Part shown: positions 62,720 to 64,000 of the stretch, one piece after another | Layout of the letters: the number at the start of each line of letters is the position of its first letter | Numbering within the stretch: position 1 is the stretch's first letter | Assembly: GCF_032191835.1 (NCBI RefSeq) | Contig: NC_083228.1 | Location: 29,016,001-29,080,000 of the forward strand | Direction: 5' to 3' | Source of the DNA: Heteronotia binoei | Lineage: Eukaryota | Length of the DNA stretch: 64,000 nucleotides | Position numbers and translations under genes: made by a program | Notes under the pieces: model-generated | Database searches by the model: none | Seen by the model: the letters and a program-made list of their open reading frames with translations, nothing else | What the model was told of the DNA's origin: nothing

Positions 62720-63284
62720 GATCTTTGTTCCTTTAAAGAGGGGGAGGTGTGAAAAACTGGCTTTAGTTTGTGAACTGGGCATTTCCCCAATGCTGACTAA
62801 GGCCTCGGGCTGCTCTCATTCTTCTTTCAAAGATGAGCTGAGATCTGTGATCTCTATCATGTCCACTTTGACCCTAAGAAGAAAAGGTTGGATTATGATC
62901 ACCTAGAGTGCTCGCGGCAAATGTGAGATGATTTCGCTTGGAGATCTCCTGATCTGTAGCTCTTAGCTGCTATACTATGCCGGCTGACTTGAAGAAGCTG
63001 GTCCCGATGGAGGGCTTTAGGTCACTTCTCAAACACTCGCCTCTTGCTTGTAGAGATAATTGCCTGACAGCCTTCTTGGTATAAAGTTATTGAAGAGCTC
63101 TCTAGATGTGTGGTCCATATAAAGTACTACTTTTTCAGTCTTTATGAGGAGAGTTTGGGACTGTGCTCTTTAGGGCTCAGGAAGCCGACATTCCCATCCC
63201 TGCTCACTGTGATCCTTAGAGCACTAGAACTAGAGTAGCTGATCAAAGCCTTAAACACACAGGAAACACATTGTGCCACTGAAA

Positions 63285-63760
63285 TACAGCATAAGAACAT
63301 AAGAAGACCCCTGCTTTATCAGACCATTCATCCATCTAGTCCAGCATCCTGTCTCACACAGTTGCCAGCCAGTGCCTCTGGAAGTCCAACAACATTGCCT
63401 TCTGGTACTGATATTGCCTTCTGGCTCTGGGATTCAGAGGTTTACTGCCTCTGAATGCGCAGGTCCCCATTAGTCACCCTGGCCAGTAGCCACTGATAAA
63501 CCTATCCTCCACAAATCTATCTAATCCTCTTGTAAAGCTGTCTGTGCCTGTGGCCATTGCTACATAATCTGGCACTGAATTTCACATTTTAATCACTCTA
63601 TGTGTAACAAAGTGTTTCCTTTTGTCCATCCTGAATCTATTGCCCATCAGTTTCATTGGATGCCCTCTAGTATTTTGGGAGAGGGAGAGAAATTGCCTTT
63701 GTCAATTCTCTCCAGTCCATGTATAATTTTATAAACCTCTATCATGTTCCACGTCAGCCT
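63285..63760 (-). mobile_element. CR1 LINE 3' fragment
   Basis: Minus strand encodes NMIEVYKIIHGLERIDK (CR1 ORF2 end) and terminates in a (TTCTTATG)-type tail (ATAAGAACATAAGAAG on plus, ~63290-63306). Confidence 0.88.
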
Positions 63761-64000
63761 CTCATATTGCAGAAGAGGAAGGTGATACCAACAGTTATTA
63801 ATCTGGTTAATCCTCCCGTTTATTTTGTAGGAACAAATGCTAAAGAGCAGTAGTAGCACATCAGTAACTGTGTTCTCTTTTCAGGCCTTTAGAGAAAGAA
63901 TTGTGTCATTTAAATGAACAGATTAAATGAGATTTTTGAATCTTGGGATAGGAGAAGAGTGCAATTTTTAGCTGTCACAAGCCTCTTTGAGTAAAACCTA

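Noticed and set aside
62800-63280. Possible processed pseudogene or endogenous viral fragment (e.g. minus-strand MDHTSRELFNNFIPRRLSGNY)
   Set aside because: All frames have multiple stops and I recognise no protein. A tBLASTx search would be needed to revive it.

Overview
Vertebrate genomic DNA. The repeat content (tRNA- and 5S-derived SINEs, L2, L1, CR1 and Penelope fragments, many hAT-type MITEs) points to a squamate reptile, probably a gecko; this is inferred from repeat families and not verified. The only well-supported coding sequence is a 94-nt signal-peptide exon on the minus strand (3389-3482) inside a CpG island. That gene continues off the left edge of the window and I cannot name it. 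The remaining ~60 kb reads as upstream/intergenic sequence with a second CpG island at ~16.4-17.2 kb and dense, heavily nested transposon insertions, many with readable target-site duplications (TSDs). There are two assembly gaps. I found no prokaryotic-type system (CRISPR, operon) and no convincing novel protein family. The most interesting leads are hypotheses: (i) a possible divergent two-exon transcript encoding a 45-aa secreted peptide; (ii) an apparent excess of hAT-MITE insertions in the Pol III promoter heads of SINEs; (iii) hammerhead-ribozyme cores in Penelope remnants; (iv) a SINE that appears to have carried 3' flanking DNA to a second site. All alignments and coordinates were read by eye, so repeat boundaries without a stated TSD are approximate.
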